Origin: Protoeuglena noctilucae
Taxonomy: Eukaryota
Length of the DNA stretch: 64,000 nt
NCBI GenBank assembly: GCA_958009085.1
Contig: OY253676.1
Location: 496,001-560,000, forward strand
Direction: 5' to 3'
Positions 24,813 through 37,804 of this stretch are shown here, in pieces. The position numbers were made by a program, and so were the translations under genes. Position 1 is the stretch's first letter. The number at the start of each line of letters is the position of its first letter. The notes under the pieces are model-generated. The model ran no database searches. It had not been told where the DNA came from and saw only the letters and a list, made by a program, of their open reading frames with translations.

Positions 24813-26274
24813 TCAGGTGCGGATGTCGATACCCATCAAGAGCTTGGCCTTCTCGAAGGTGTACCAACTGACAGCTGCGGCGGGTGCCAGCTTCAGCATG
24901 TTGGGAGTCAGGCCCTTGTACAGGCCCTTGAATCCCTCGTGCTGTAACGTCTTGGCGAACGCGTCCATCATCCCGCTGTACTTCTCCCCATGGCTGCCGC
25001 CCTGCGCTTGGAGCCGCGTCTGGAGGCACGAACGGCAGCTGGAGGTTGCCGTCACGCATGGGCGCGTGCCGCCATGCTATGCATCGCAGTCCCTTCCGGT
25101 AACCCCGAGCGTTGCTTCACGTGTCGCATATCTCACCCTGACCAGCGCGAAAGGGTAGGACACGAACTGCGCAATGGAGCTGGCGACGGCCCCCGCGCCG
25201 AACAACAGCGTCTCTGGTGGGTGGTCGTCGAACTTGTCGAGCAGGTAGCCCTTCAGCATCTGCGAGTCGCATCGGGTGGCAGTGCGTGAACCGCTACGGC
25301 AGGCCCGCGCTCGGCCTCGGCCCCGGCTGCGGTGACTCGTCAGCAGCACTCGCCTCGAACAGCATGATGTCGCATCCGGCGTAGGGGAAGATGCCGATGA
25401 GACTGGGAACCAAGCCCCGGTATAACCCCCGAACGCCCTCGTCCACGAACACCCTCCGCAGCACGTCCGTGATGCCGCGGTACGTGCCGTGAGGCGTCAC
25501 GGCCAAGCGGACCTTGACCACCTCCATCGGGTAGATGACCATCTGCCCGATCGCTCCGCTGATACCCCCGATGATGAGTCTCTGGGGCAGGACAGGCCGG
25601 GGATCGTGAACATGGGGGCAGCCGGCTGCAGAAGCCACCCTCGCCCGCAGCGCGCCTCTCACCTCCCCCGGATGCAGCGACTCCCGCACGTTCCCCCCGT
25701 AAAACATGTACATGCGCTTGATCTCGTCATTCAGGGCCATCTTGAGCGCCATCTCCGGGCCAACCTTGGCGCAGTTGGCACCGTTGCCCTTGAAGAAGTG
25801 GCGCAGGGAGCCCTCCGCAGTCATGGTCCGGAACGCCTGCCGCATGGTCATCATGTGCTTAGAATCTTGCACCTGCATGAGCATCTTGGCGCGGTCCACG
25901 GGGGCGGTGGCCGACCGGCTGACCACGCCGGCCAGGCCCCCTGCGCGCACGAACGGATCCATCCGCGAGTAACAGCAGCTAGCTGCTGCGACATAGATAC
26001 AGGTGGAGGTGAGCGACGCGAGCATCTCGGCCCACCGCGCCAGCGGGCAGGGGCTCAGCACGCGATGCCGGCAAGTCGCGGCAGGGCCGAGACGCTGAGG
26101 GGACGCGACGTGTCGCGGCCCCGGCCGAGAACGGACATGCCATTCTGCTCACTAGCCAGGTGGCCGCCACCGCGATCGGGACGCCCGGCAGCTCGCAGCG
26201 TGCGGCGCACCGGCGAACAAGATCTTCCACTCGCGGAGGGGGTCATGGAGGGACCTCTCCGACTGCTCCTTCAT
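24813..26274 (-). CDS. Mitochondrial carrier (SLC25), ATP-Mg/Pi-carrier-like
   Basis: ILFAG|GLAGVVSRSATAPVDRAK, FFKGNGANCAKVGPE, IYPMEVVKVRL, GLYRGLVPSLIGIFPYAG, SYPFALVR|TRLQAQ, GLYKGLTPNMLKLAP. Confidence 0.9.
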
Positions 26275-26823
26275 CAATTCCTCGAGAGTCGCGCCAAATC
26301 ACCCCCGGGGCGGCGCTATTCCCCGACCGCGCGCCCCTGGGGGCCCCACAGGAAAAATGGCAGCGGGACGATGTCAAACGAGGGCCTGTGGTGTAGACGG
26401 CACGCTCTGCGGTTTCAGGACGAGTCTCAGAGCCAGAGTAAGGCGGCGACCGATTCTAGGACGGCTCCACAAGCTGGTAGGCTTTGAAAGCTGCGTGCAC
26501 AAGCACTGCTGTGCAAAATGGCGGCGAAGCGATCCTAGGTCAGCAGGAGTGCCTACGTCAGCTGACTCCGGTGCGCTGATCCATGCGGGCGGCGAAACCC
26601 GGCAGGCCTCGCCAGTGCAGCCGTGCCTTGCCGACAGACAAAGCCCGGGCCAGCCGCAATCAGTCGCTGTGATCATGCCGACAGGCCCGATAGCATAGCC
26701 CCGCACAGTTGCTGAAGCTTGCTTCTATTGTTCGGACCACTTTGGGAGCTCAGGCACGATCCACAAAAGCAGTCGTCTCTTTTGCCTCGCTCGGCACCAG
26801 GATCGGAAGGACCCGTCAACGTG

Positions 26824-29103
26824 ATGATGACGGTGTCTTCTAGCTTTCTGCTTGGCCACGCTCCCTCGTGCCCCTCGCTGCGCCCGCGGGTCGCCCCATC
26901 ATGGAGAACGGGACGCGTCGGCCATCGGGCCCCGCCGCACACGTGCCACTCTCGGTGCGTCAACGTGTCTGCGGCGTGGCTGCCCACGCAAGATCTACAC
27001 ACAGACACAGAAACCCGCGGCGCTACCCGCAGACGTCCCCTGGCTGCCGCGGCGGGCGGGATGAACCAATCATTGATGCAACAGAAAGCGAAGAAGGAGG
27101 AGCTTCGCGCCAAGTGCGAGCAAGCGATGGACGCGCTTGTGGAGGAGATCAGGAGCGCGGCGAGCACGGGCAAGACCCTGGAGGCGACGGAGGCGGCTCC
27201 CGAATCTTCGGAGGGTCTCCGGGAGCGCATATTGCGCGCTATCGAACTGATGAGCAAGTGAGACCTGCCCGTCGTGCAGCGGACGGGGGCGCCCATGAGG
27301 CTGTGTGCCGTTGTGCACTCGCGTGCCCCACACCCCCGCCCCTCGACCCTGCCCGCAGGGGACTGGTCGAGCGCGACGTGGAAGTGCGTCTCTTGCTGCT
27401 GGCGGCGCTCAGCGGGGAGCATGTCCTGTACATCGGGCCTCCCGGCACGGCCAAGTCGGAGCTCGGACGTCGCCTCAGCCGAGTGACGCGCGGCGTGTTC
27501 TTCGAGCGCCTCCTCACGCGCTTTTCGGTGCCAGAAGAGATCTTCGGTCCCCTGTCGATGCGGTGAGCTGCCGTGCTCACTTCAGCCAGCGTTCCAGGCT
27601 CCCTTTGCTTGGTGCAGGGCCCTCCCGTGCGTCCCCCGGCAGCTGCTGCGTCGTCTCGGCTTCTCTAACCAGCAATGCGCTTCGGGTCGTCGCAGAGCAC
27701 TCGAGGAGGACCGGTACTGCCGCATCACGGATGGGTACCTCCCTCAGGCGACGGTGGCGTTTGTGGATGAGATCTTTAAGGCCAACTCGGCCATCCTCAA
27801 CACGCTGCTGACCATCCTCAACGAGCGCCTCTTCGACAACGGCTCCGAGCGCGTGCGCGTGCCGCTCCTCTGCATGGTCGGCGCATCCAACGAGCTGCCG
27901 GAGTCTGAGGAGCTCGACGCTCTGTACGACCGATTCCTTTTCCGCAAGGTGAGGGAATTGGGACGCTCTCGTGGCCGAGCAAGCGCTGTCGCGGCCGAGC
28001 AAGCGCTGTCGCGGCCGAGCAAGCGCTCTCGCGCGCAAGCGTTGGGATCGCATGCGACGATGCCGGCATGCCGCGTCTGAGCTGCAGGCCGTCTGCCAGG
28101 TCAGCCCGGGGGGCCTGGCGGAGATGCTGCGTCAGTCGGTGGACGCGGGGTTCAGCGAGGAGAGCGGACTGGAGGAGGTCCCGCTGGACGAGGAGGTGTT
28201 CCGTCGCGTGCGTGCCGAGGCGCTGCGGACGGTGCAGGTGCCCAAGGCCATCCTGGACCTCATCGGCGACCTGCGGCAGCACTTGCAAGAGAAGTGCGAG
28301 CCGCCCGTGTACGTGTCGGACCGTCGGCTGGTGAAGGCGGTCAACGCGCTGCGGGTGGCGGCGTACTGCGACGGCCGCACGACGGTGGAGGAGGGCGACT
28401 GCCTGCTGCTGCAGCACGTGCTGTGGCAGAGGCCCGAGGAGGCCGAGAGGATCTATGACTTCATCATCAAGCAGCTCAGGTGACACCTGTGCGGCATTAG
28501 TTGCCGGCAGCGCTGGAGTGGCCGTGCCTGTCGCTTGCCCTCGCCTGGCCGCGCTGCTTGCCATGTGTCATTGCGTTGGATTTCCTCGACGCTGCTCACG
28601 ATCGACCCGCTCCATGCGTCCCGGCATGTTCACCACGATGTTTGCACTCCTTCACCCACAGTGAGGGCGAGGACAACCGGACGCAGATCAAGTACATCCT
28701 GGCGTCGCTGTTCGGCAAGGCCTGCCGCCTGAGCGAGGCGGACCGCGTGTCGCCCGGCCGCCCCGACCTCACTCGCTTGCTCGAGGAGGTGCGCATCGTC
28801 AAGTCCGTCTTGAGCGACAAGCTCCTCCGCGTCTACCGCGGCGCTAACGCGGACGCCGCCGCCACCCACCAGTCCCTGTGGGCCTCCGAGGACGTGGCGC
28901 GCGCCGTGGCCAGCGCGCTTCTGCCCAAGCTGGAGCGCTCGCGTGCGGATGTGGAGCGGCTCATGTTCGACACCGTGACGCTCGAGACGGCGCTCGTGGA
29001 GTGCGCCGCGCCCGTCACGCTCGCGGAGCTCCTGCCCAAATACTGGGCCGACTTCATCCGCAGCGGGCCCATCGAGGACGTCTCGCCCCTCGGCCTCAAA
29101 TGA
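26824..29103 (+). CDS. ravA: RavA-type MoxR AAA+ ATPase with N-terminal transit-peptide-like extension
   Basis: [29 protein letters not shown] (Walker A), [39 protein letters not shown] (Walker B), [20 protein letters not shown]. Confidence 0.9.
27971..28030. repeat. 20-bp tandem repeat x3 (GCGGCCGAGCAAGCGCTGTC) in ravA intron
   Basis: Units start at 27971, 27991 and 28011, with at most 1 mismatch to consensus. Confidence 0.95.
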
Positions 29104-29250
29104 CCGTTAACCGTAGGACGCGTGAGACCTCTCGCGCCCCCGTGCTACGCGGTACAATTTCACATGCGCGGCGACTAAAGGCTAAGCGAGGCGTTGAACG
29201 AGCGGAGCGTGCATAGTCCAGCGAACAAGACATGTTCGTCTACAATGCCC

Positions 29251-32200
29251 TCAATCGCTCCCATCAGACGCGTACTCTGAAATGGAGGAGTCCAGCCCCC
29301 GATGCGCCCCGCTGCGCAGCTGATAGCTCGCAATCGTCCTCAGCGCCCCGGAACCCGCGCGGCCCTCGCCGCCCTCACCACCCCCCACGCCCCTCCCCAC
29401 GCGCCGGCGCAGCGTGCCCGACGACCCATGCTCCCGTATCGTCCTCGCTGCGCCCTGCCGCGTGGCGCCCCACGCCCCGCCCAGCTCTCCCGAGCCATCC
29501 TCAGGTGCTCTGAGGGTACGACCAACAGAGCCCCTGGCCCCCACACGCGCCCCACGAGATGACCCCGCCCCCTCCGCCTCCCCCGTCCGCCCCAGCGCCA
29601 CACGGATGCCTGGCCCGAGTGGACTGACGCTCCCCGCCGACCCCGTTCCCCAGGAGGGCCACAGTTCGACCGCATCCCCGTCTCCGTCCAATGGGTGCGT
29701 GTCAGGAAAGCTACCCACACCGTCGGCCACACCGTCGCTGCCGGCCCCGGGGAACGTCCTCTCGGAGAGATGCCGCAACGGCCAAGGCCAGCTGCCCCAG
29801 CCCCGACGGCCCCCGTGACCGAGAGCCGCGGCGATGCCAGGGCCCAGGACGCGCGGGGCTGGCCCTGCGTCCTGCGAGTGGCCACCCTCGCCCGCTCGGC
29901 CCTCTCCCTCGGGGGCTTGCGGGGCCGAGGGCACTGCGCTCAAGTCCAGCATCTGCATGGCCCTGCGGACGCCCTGCGCTGAGCTGGGCGCTGCGGTGTC
30001 GGGAACGGGACCGGTCCCGCCCCGCACAGGCACCCGCACTTCGCTGACCACCGAGCCGCCCCCGGGCGCGCCGTCCCGCCGCCGGGCCTGCAGGCGCACC
30101 AGCCACGAGGCCTCCTGCCACCCGACGCGGCTCGCAGTCTGATCGCCCGCCGCAGCGTCACTCGTCGACGGCCCCGCCCCGTCACCCCCAGCGTCGCTGT
30201 GGCGTTCCCGCCGCCCTCGCGCCCCCCGCCGTCGCATCGCTACCCCTCCCTGACTTGACCCCTCGCGTCCCCTGGCACCCAACTCCGCCCCCGAGCTCCC
30301 CGCGTCCTCCCCGCTCTCCCACTCGTCTGCGTCGCCGCCCGACACCGCCGCGGCCGCCCGCGCGAGCAAACTACGCAGCCTGCCCTGCAAGGCTTCCCCG
30401 CCCCTTGGCCTCTCCACCAACTGCGTCCTCGTCTGCCTAGATGACCCCGCAGCCCTGCCCCCGTCCCCACCGTCACCCGTGCCGTCCGCGCCCTGAGCTT
30501 CGCCCCGCCCTCGCCCCGCGCCCTCGCTGCGGTCGCTCCCCGAGGACTCGCCGTCCGCGTCCACCGCTGGCCCATCCGTCAGCCCCTCTGCCATCGTCTG
30601 CGCCTCCTGCATCTCTCGCAAAAGCCGGTCCAGCATCCCCAGTCGATCCAGGGCCGTCTGAAGCGTCGCGAGCGGGTCGTCCTGCCCACTCTGCGATCCC
30701 TCCGCGGCCTGCAAGGAGGGCAGCGCAACAGTCGAGGAGAGCCCAGGACACGGCTTGGCTTCGAGTCTCCATGGCGCATGGTGTGCGGGTGGCGTGGCAG
30801 CTTGCAAAGGGACATACGGCAGGGCACTATTCCACCTGCATGGAAGCCAGGCCCGTCCTAGACGTGCTGGCGTGCCTCACCTGCGGCCCTCTTGCTCGCA
30901 GGGGTGAGCCTCGCGTCTGCACCACGAGTTGGATCCCCCACAACACCTTGTGCCCGAAGCGCCAGGCCGTGCGAGCCACTCGCGTGACCCACCAGGACCG
31001 GGGCTCGCGCCCAGCGCCCAAAGCACCGCGGCCGTCACGGCCCCTCCCACCCGCGCGATCGCTGTCACCAGCGGTGGCCGCGTCACGCAAGGCGCCCTCT
31101 GCACTCAAATCGCCCTCCCATTCAGGGGAATCTGCCGGGCCCGCTTCTTCCGTGGCCATAGACACAAAGCGGGAGGACTCCTGGACAGCGATGGCTGCGA
31201 TGCCGAGAGTGGAGGCAAGGGCCAGGGCGGCGGGGAGCCCAGCCACGAATGCGACAGGGAGGGCGGACAGCGACAGCCAATGCAGCGCCACCGCGGCGCG
31301 GTCGAGGGTGGAGCCCGGGGGCGCGTGGGGCGTGGCGAGGGCGAAGAGGCCGCACTGGACGGACTGGGGGCAGGGCGTGGGGGCGTCAGGTCGTTGGGCG
31401 ATCCAATGACATTGGTGCTGGCGGTGGCGTGTGGGCATATGATGGCATCACGCCAGCACCACTCACCGTGACGATGGCCGCCTTGGCCAGGCTCCACCAG
31501 GACACCCGGACGACGCGCGCCAGCAGCGCAGCAGCCCCGACGGCGTTCAGCCGCGCCCCGAAGCGCCGTACGCGCAGGGCCGCGCGTCGGGCCAGGGCTT
31601 TGCCTTCGTCGCTCCCTAAGGGGTGCTCGACGGCGGCCCAGGCCTCCGACAGCACCAGCGCGCTCATCTGCGCGCCCGCCACGAAGAGGACCGCGACCAG
31701 GCCCGGCACCCATCGGTAGAAAGCCGACGGGGCATACCCCATATGGAGCGCGTCGAGCAAGTGGATGACCAACGCATCGAGAACGGCCATCCACACGTGC
31801 CTCGCCAGGGGCGGGTCGTAGATGCCGCGCGCGATGTCCGCCTCACGCGCTGAGGTGGGTAGGGGAGTGCGGGCGGGTCAAGCAACAGCGCAGCATCGCG
31901 GGGTAGCGAGAGCCTGTGGCGCTGGCGGCGAACGCAGACATCGCCCCATTTGCCTTCTGCACAGACATTGCGGCTAGTCTCGGCAGACGTGCCTGCAGGC
32001 ATTGATCAGCAAGCCCCCCGAGCCAGTTGGCATCTCACCCACGCCAGCGGCACTTCGCGTCTCGGCTCCCTCCTGCCTCAGAGCCTCCTCCAGGTCGTAG
32101 GCGCAGCCCACATAGACGCGCCCGAACGCGTGGATGGCCGCCTCGACGACGCCGGCGTGGAAGCGGGGCAGCAGCAGCACGCACAGCACGTCCGAGGCGC

Positions 32201-34789
32201 ACAGCACGTCGTGGACCTCCCGATCCGGCCGGTTGAGGGCCGGCCGCCGGGCCATATTGTACGCGCTCGCGGGGACGTAGAGCAGCAGGATGGCGGCGGC
32301 AGGGAGGCGGGCGAGGGGCGCGAGGGCCAGGCCGAGCCACTGAGGACAAGGGACGGGTCGGGTTGGTTACTCGCACTTGCAGCTGTTCATTACACCTTGG
32401 CGGCATGAAGCGTAATGCGGCAAACTTCTCACCAGAAGGCATGCGAACGTCAGGGCACCCATGTAGTACGCAGCACGGTATACAGGTGTCACCCTCTGCA
32501 AGGCAACGAAACGACACAGGTCACATATCCTGTCGTAGAAAGAACATGGCAACGTGGTCATGGTGGCATCGGCACCCCGCAGCTCCGCCTCACCTGCAGC
32601 GGAGGGTCACAGGGCCAGAACTCTGCCCATCGGCTGAGGCCCCCGACATTCCAGAGCATCTGCACGACGACGGCGGCGAGTCCCATCCGCACGCCGAGCC
32701 ACCCGTGCCCCAGCACATCGTCGAAGCTGCCGAAAGGCCGCGGGGCCTTGGCAGGCAGGGCGGTGGCCAAGGGGCTCGCCATGGCGATGGCCGCGAGTTT
32801 GGCTTCGGCGAGGGCGGCGAGCACGATGACGAGCAGCGCGACGCTCCACAGTCGCTCAAGTGCCACCGGGCCCAGCCCGACGCGGTGCAGGGCGGCGCGG
32901 GCCGCGATGCGCGCGGAGGCGTCCGACAAGCGCATCGGGGTGAAGAGGCCGCCGCCCTCGGTGCCTTCTGACAGCGACGCCGCTGCAGGTGAGGCCAGGA
33001 GAATAGGTAAGATGTGTCCCGAGGATGCAGATGAGGCGTCACAACAGGATAAGACAGGTGTGCTCGCCGGCATGCGCGTGCAGGAAATTGCCTGGGCCTC
33101 TATGACTCCCACGTGCAGCGGCTCACTTGGATTCGCAGTCGACAGCACCGTGAGCCCAGCGACGCGGCCACCCTCGAGATTGCGGACCAGCTCATACAAA
33201 CACGAGTGGCCGTCACCCTGCAGGGGCACGGTCGCCCTCGCCGCCCCGCCGTCACTGCCAGTTGGGCCTTCGCTGCTGCGGCCGCCGTCGTCCCCCGCGC
33301 CTCCTGCTTCCGCAGCCACAGCCCCGGCGGCCGCAGCCCCGGCGGCCCCGGGCATGTCTGCCGCCACCCCCGTGTGGCAGAGGCATGTCGAAGGACTCTT
33401 GCGATAGACCGCCACGCGTGTCAGCAGGAGCAGCATGGCTGTGAACCGCACCCGGCCCCATGAGTCCAGGCCCCACGCCGCCCCGATGCAGCACGAGGTG
33501 AGAACCACCGCCACCGCCCAGTGCTGAAGGGTCTTGAGCTGCTCCGCCCCCTCGGCGTGCAGCGATATCAGCATGATGCCCGCCACCGTCAACGCCGTGT
33601 AGGAGATCGCGGGGAGCTGCGGGCGACACGGGGTGCGGCGCTGCGTCAGGAACGGCGATGCCATCACAAAGCGGATGGCACACGACTAATGGGAGAGCGA
33701 ATGGTGGTGGCAGAGGGCCCAGGGAAAGCCAGCGAGCGTTCGTCATGCAACCAGACGACCATAAGAGTGTCACAGCGGAGACACCAGCTCACCAGGGCTG
33801 CGAGGCGGCTGCGGATGTAGTGGGCGACGACGACGGGGAGGGGCGAGGCGCGGTGACCTGGGAGGAAGCTGGTGATGACCACCAGGCCCAGGATAAAGAC
33901 GTAGACGGCGTGGACGAGCCAGCCGGCCGGGAAGCGCATCCCGCGCCGCTCCTGGCGGTGCGCCTGCAGCGCGGCACCCGCGGAGGCCGCAGCAATCGCC
34001 TCCATCAGAGCGTCCTGCGCGGGGTCCTGGAACAAAGGCTCGGAGGCACCCGAGAGGACGCTGTCCGGCTCCGACTCGCTCGGGAGGACAGCTTCTGTGA
34101 TCTCGGGGAGGCCTCGCTGGGGTGCTTCGGGCGCGGCGCGCCACGGATTGAGTAAGGACGACAGCGACCGCAACAGGAAGGGTTGCTCCGCTGCTGCTGC
34201 GTCCCTCGTGGATGCGACCTGCTCGGCGCCGACATCTCGAGCTCTGATAGCTCCCGCTTCCTGGCGCGACCTCTTCCGCGCCCGCCTCTGCGAGCGATGA
34301 CGGGCTCCCAGTTGTGCTCTTTCTTCGCCATTGGGGTGCCCCCGTCCTGGGCTCCGCGCGCTTCCGACAAGCGCGCCTTCGACATGCGACACAGGAATGC
34401 ACGATGCACTGACCTGCCGCGCCTTCCTCAGCGCCTGCTGGGACGCGTCACGCAGGTCGTAGTTGATCGGACACCTCGCCACGCTCAGCACAGCGTCGCC
34501 GGCCGTGTCGTCGGATACAACACATCTCCTGAAGACGGAGCGGGAGGAGCGTCGCGACGGGTGCGCAAGCGACTCGCGGCTGAGAGAACCGAGTCAATGA
34601 ACGCGGTGCCATCGCAGCCAGCCCTCGCGTCCGCAGCGCCACCGCTTCTCACCTGCAGAACGGGCACTGCAAAGATCCAGACGAGAAATGCTTGTGGAGG
34701 CAGTGGCGACATGCAGAGTGCCCGCAGGGAAGGATGTGAGGCGTCCGTGGTCCGTCCGCGAACAAATGGAGGCAGATTTTGCACCGCAT
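29251..34789 (-). CDS. RING-HC (C3HC4) zinc-finger protein with many TM segments and a disordered C-terminus; putative membrane E3 ligase
   Basis: Exon 1 (34789-34653) translates MRCKICLHLFADGPRTPHILPCGHSACRHCLHKHFSSGSLQCPFCR; downstream exons join in frame through ORFs 33664-34491, 32558-33667, 31974-32255, 31386-31796, 30827-31438 and 29251-30807. Confidence 0.72.
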
Positions 34790-34872
34790 GGCCCCTCGTC
34801 TTCGCCTCGGTCACGTCAAGTGCTACTCTTTGAGCTCGCGAGCACCATCGCAGCGGAACCTTTCCGGTCTAT

Positions 34873-34914
34873 GAGGGCGTGTCTACGAGGGCGTGTCTAC
34901 GAGGGCGTCTCTAT
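34873..34914. repeat. 14-bp tandem repeat x3 (GAGGGCGTGTCTAC)
   Basis: Two perfect copies and one diverged copy about 85 bp upstream of the RING gene ATG. Confidence 0.9.
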
Positions 34915-35154
34915 GGATGATGCCTGCCCAGTCTTGCACGCTAAATGTGGGCAGGGAGCGAGTGTACCATTCGCAAGCAACTGCTGAGGCTGTAGACTCT
35001 GAGGGGCTTGCTGCTGTCCTGGGCAACTGGCGAGGGTCCTGGCGAGGGCACCCCTTGCAGGGTGGGTTGCTGCCTTGAATCATGGACGAACTGGGCACGG
35101 CTAGATGGCTAGGAGAAGCGCGGAAACCCATATCTTCGCTGCGATAGACACTGT

Positions 35155-36891
35155 TCACTTGGCCCCCGACGTGAAGCCGTACGTCCGAACGAGCCGAATC
35201 TGGGCCAGCGCGAAGACCGCACGTACGACACGGCCATAGTCAATCCCCGTGGCCTTGACGAGAAGGTCGAGCACCACGACGGCCCACATGGCTGGGGTCA
35301 CGGCCGATGACAGCGCACGAATCGCCCCGTACCTTGCGGCAGCGTGCTGCGTGGAACGTGGGGAACGCGGGGAGCGCGGGATGAGGTCCAGTCGAGTCAT
35401 CACGCCCCACGCGTGCACAGCTGATCATCATAACGGCCTCACCGTCATTCCCTGCTGCGCTGCGTCGGTTGCTGCGCGCTTGGCCGCCCCCGCCACGCCA
35501 TGACGGAACGCCTCGCACGCCAGCGCCTCATATGCCCCCGCGTGGTGCAGAAACTGCGCATGCCAGTACACAATGGACATGGAGCTCACGTGCATGAGCA
35601 ACGGGTCTCTCGCATGTACAACCTGTCCGATCGGCACGCACCTGCCCCAGCGCGCGCTCGGAGGCCGCCATTCCCAACGACTTGACTGCCACGGCGCCAC
35701 CGATCTTCCCGAGAGTGCCCAGGATGTCGGGAGCCCCCACGCGCACGGGCGTCACCACCGCCTCGCGCCACTTGGCGACTGCTGAGAGGGGTGCCGTCAT
35801 ACCATCACCCTCTGCGGACGCAATCGCATGTAACACACTTGCCGTCATTGGCCTGCCGCGTCCCCTGGCCCGAGAAATACCGACGGACACCATTGCGCTC
35901 TCCATCGCACGACAGCATGTTCCGGCAAAGCACCTGCCAAGATGGCCTTGGACTCTCCGGGGTGGATATTGGATAGCGCTCGGGTGCTTGCGCCGCGGGA
36001 TGCCCGGAGATACGCCTGCTGCAGCAGGTGCAGGAAGATCTCCGCCTCCAGATCCGCCGTGACGAGGGTCGCCGGGCACTTGACGCCCAGCCGACGGCGC
36101 ACCGCTGAGAGGGTCGGAAGCAGAAAGACCATGCGCCGTCTCTGGGCCCGTTCGCGTGTATTTCTGTGCTCCAGCAGTCGTCGGTGCACCTGCACATGCG
36201 TGCCGCACCTATGCGCCCCAGCCCTCTCACCTAGGAGGGTGTCCCGGTACTGCGGACGGATGCCACGCACAAGCAAGGCCGAGTCCGCGGCTAGGAACCG
36301 AAAGCGCTCCTCCAGGAGTCGAATGAAGCCCTCCCGCCCCACGTGGTGGAGACGAGCTGCAGCCTCGTCGGCACCTGCCATCGACTTTAGGAGCGGACTG
36401 AAGGGGCTGGGGCCGTACAGAATGCTGCGCAAGGACGGGATAGCGGGTCAGCGAGGGCCCTCGGCATCAGCCTGCGCCAAAGGGTGCATTCCTCGCCACA
36501 ACTTGGCAGGCTGTGCAGGCGACCGACTCGAATCTTTCACGAGATTGCTGGCCCGCAGGTTATTTGCAACAATATGACAATCGCGTCAGGAGAATGATCG
36601 CAGCCCAGGGCCCCTCACCTGTGCAGTTCCAGCAGCTCCTCGTCGCTGGCCATCGACATCACCCCCCACAGCTCCATGTCCGCGCCGCCTGACGGGGCAC
36701 GCAAGCCCATTCCCTGCGCCCATGCCTCCGTACTCACGGAGGAGCAGATCGGGCGGCTCCGGGGACGCGTCCTCGGTGCATGCAGGGGTTCCCCGCACTC
36801 CCTGGGAACGTGGGGATGAAATCGTGGATCCGCGCCCTGCTGTGGCCGGACGGAAAGTATCGAGGCAGATGTCGGCTGTCGGCGCGCACAT
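35155..36891 (-). CDS. YaaW (UPF0174)-like protein of cyanobacterial/plant type
   Basis: MASDEELLELHS|ILYGPSPFSPLLKS, LEERFRFLAADS..YRDTLL, DLEAEIFLHLL, IDYGRVVRAVFALAQIRLVR; start uncertain. Confidence 0.75.
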
Positions 36892-37215
36892 CGTCTGCGG
36901 GATCGCCCCCTCGGCGAAGCGGTGGCGCGTCCGTGATTCGCGACGGGTATAAGTCACCTTTCCGACGCGCACCGCGGGCGCAGACCCCGATACGGGTGAG
37001 AGTGCGATTTAGAGGATGTAGACGGTGCAGCGCATGCCGTCGGGAGGGGGCGGGCGCTCGCGAGCCCGCACATGGGCGAGCGGAGATCTGAGACCCTACA
37101 GCGCCTGGCCGGCAATCGAATGCGGGCGCCACGGCACAGCTCCAACCTCAGCTTGCTCGATTGCAGAGATTCAAAGTAGCATGCCGCCCAAATTAGCGTG
37201 CAGTGGCCGCCAGTG

Positions 37216-37804
37216 TCATTGTGTCGTGGCCTGCATGCGCTTCTCGACACGCGCCATCTCCTCCTCGTGCCCCCTCTGCTTCCCCTGCAGGGCCTTGAGC
37301 GCCCCGTCCAGCCGCGCAACCTCCTTGTTGATGAACTCCAGCCGGTTGCCCACGTTCGAGCGGGCCTCGACCAGGTCCTGCTTCACCAAAATGGGCCCCA
37401 CCTGCGGGCGCGAGCCAGGGCCGCGGTGGATGACCCATGGTGCGCGTGTCAACATGGCCCACCAATGTCCCGCGCCCGCACCATCTTAAAGACGCTGGCG
37501 TCGTCCTCCAGCAGCTCCAGCTCCTTTTTGACCATCTCGTTCTCGTTCAGCTGGCTCAGCACCTTCTGCCGCGTATCGTGGTTCTTCTCGATCTCTGCGA
37601 CGAGGACGGCGCGGGAGGAGCTGCCGCCGGCGTTCCAGGAAGCTGACCCGGCCTAAGTAGGCCGCCGTGTCCCGTCTGCTGGCGGGCTCGCTCGCGGGAC
37701 TCGATCTCCGCAAACTTAGAAAGAGGCTAGTCACCTGTTTGCGTCTGCTGATGCAGCGCCACGAGCTTGTTGTACTCCTGCTGGAGTGCCAAGCGTGCGG
37801 ACAT
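37216..37804 (-). CDS. PFD6: Prefoldin subunit 6, 3 exons
   Basis: RQKVLSQLNENEMVKKELELLEDDASVFKM|VGPILVKQDLVEARSNVGNRLEFINKE. Confidence 0.95.

Noticed and set aside
35155..37804. PFD6 to YaaW-like bicistron
   Set aside because: The gap is about 325 bp (YaaW start uncertain) and PFD6 contains several internal ATGs, unlike the mL41 case
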